From Chromera velia (lineage: Eukaryota): 50,234 nucleotides of DNA. The stretch is from NCBI GenBank assembly GCA_018398765.1, contig JAHBMJ010000337.1, positions 1-50,234 of the forward strand, read 5' to 3'. The translations under genes were made by a program, and so were the position numbers. The notes below the pieces were generated by a model. It had not been told where the DNA came from and ran no database searches. It saw only the letters and a program-made list of their open reading frames with translations. Numbering within the stretch: position 1 is the stretch's first letter; every line of letters starts with the position of its first letter. Positions 49,640 through 50,234 of the stretch are shown in pieces.

Positions 49640-50234
49640 TATCCATCAAAACTTCCTCGTACTCCTTCCCTGCCCTTCCTCCCTCTAAACGAATCATCAG
49701 ATCCCCTTCCTTCACCCTGCAGCCAGAGAGAAACTTTCTTTCCACTTCGGTGACTCAGAGTCTGACAGTGCTCGAACGACAACTGCATGCATCCAGCCGT
49801 TGACAGAAAGGTATCGATCACCCAAGTTCGAGCAGATCCTTCTCTCACACATAGTGACGAGAACAAGATAGACATATAAAAGGGCTAGGCAAATGAAGCA
49901 AACAGACTCATAGAGGCTTTAGAGAGGGCTGTTCGTACACTCTTCCTCAATTGAACTTCTCAGCAACGCCTGCTCAAGACAGACGGACAACCTCCACAGC
50001 GCCCGCGACTTCTCTCTCGACTTTGCTGTCTGGTGAGTAATGCACTGCCCTCCCCTTGGATAGCACGCTGGCTTGAAAGGAAAACGAAAGGGGCCCCTCA
50101 AATGCGCCAACGAGGTGCTCCTAGGAGGGTGGAGGGACAGAGAGAGGCCAGAGTTGGATTTTGGCTTCTGTTTCTTCTTCCTTTCCGATCAGTGGGAAGG
50201 AAATCTTCATATCAACCAGCAACACTTTCTTCTT
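49640..50234 (-). mobile_element. Possible further decayed LINE-related sequence
   Basis: cagagttggattttggcttctgttt (~50149-50173) matches cagagttggatttcggcttctgttt (~47766-47790). There is a weak TWVIDTFLS motif at ~49820. Confidence 0.35.

Overview
This is eukaryotic nuclear DNA. It is intron-rich, with GC-rich exons, abundant CA/GA microsatellites and AT-rich intergenic DNA full of transposable elements (TEs); the style suggests a protist such as a chromerid alveolate, which is only an inference. About 28 kb (32116 to 3989, minus strand) is one multi-exon VPS13B-like bridge-like lipid transfer gene. It has a clear Chorein_N start, one ~8.2 kb exon and a VPS13_C/ATG2_C/PH-like end. Downstream of it (about 250-3545) lies a head-to-tail array of ~1.4-1.5 kb units, each built around a 39-bp inverted-repeat pair and a (CA)n(GA)n tract. 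Upstream (32.6-50.2 kb) is a TE-rich region. It holds a hAT-type element with an 8-bp target-site duplication (TSD) that contains a nested LINE RT fragment and a MITE, three related CTAGGCT-ended MITEs with perfect 8-bp TSDs, further LINE fragments, a 38-bp minisatellite and long microsatellites. It also holds an intronless, frameshifted PhyH-family 2OG-Fe(II) dioxygenase copy. I cannot demonstrate a new biological system here. The best leads are the inverted-repeat-bounded tandem array, the frameshifted PhyH copy and the nested hAT/LINE/MITE structure. All family assignments come from recalled motifs, not database searches.
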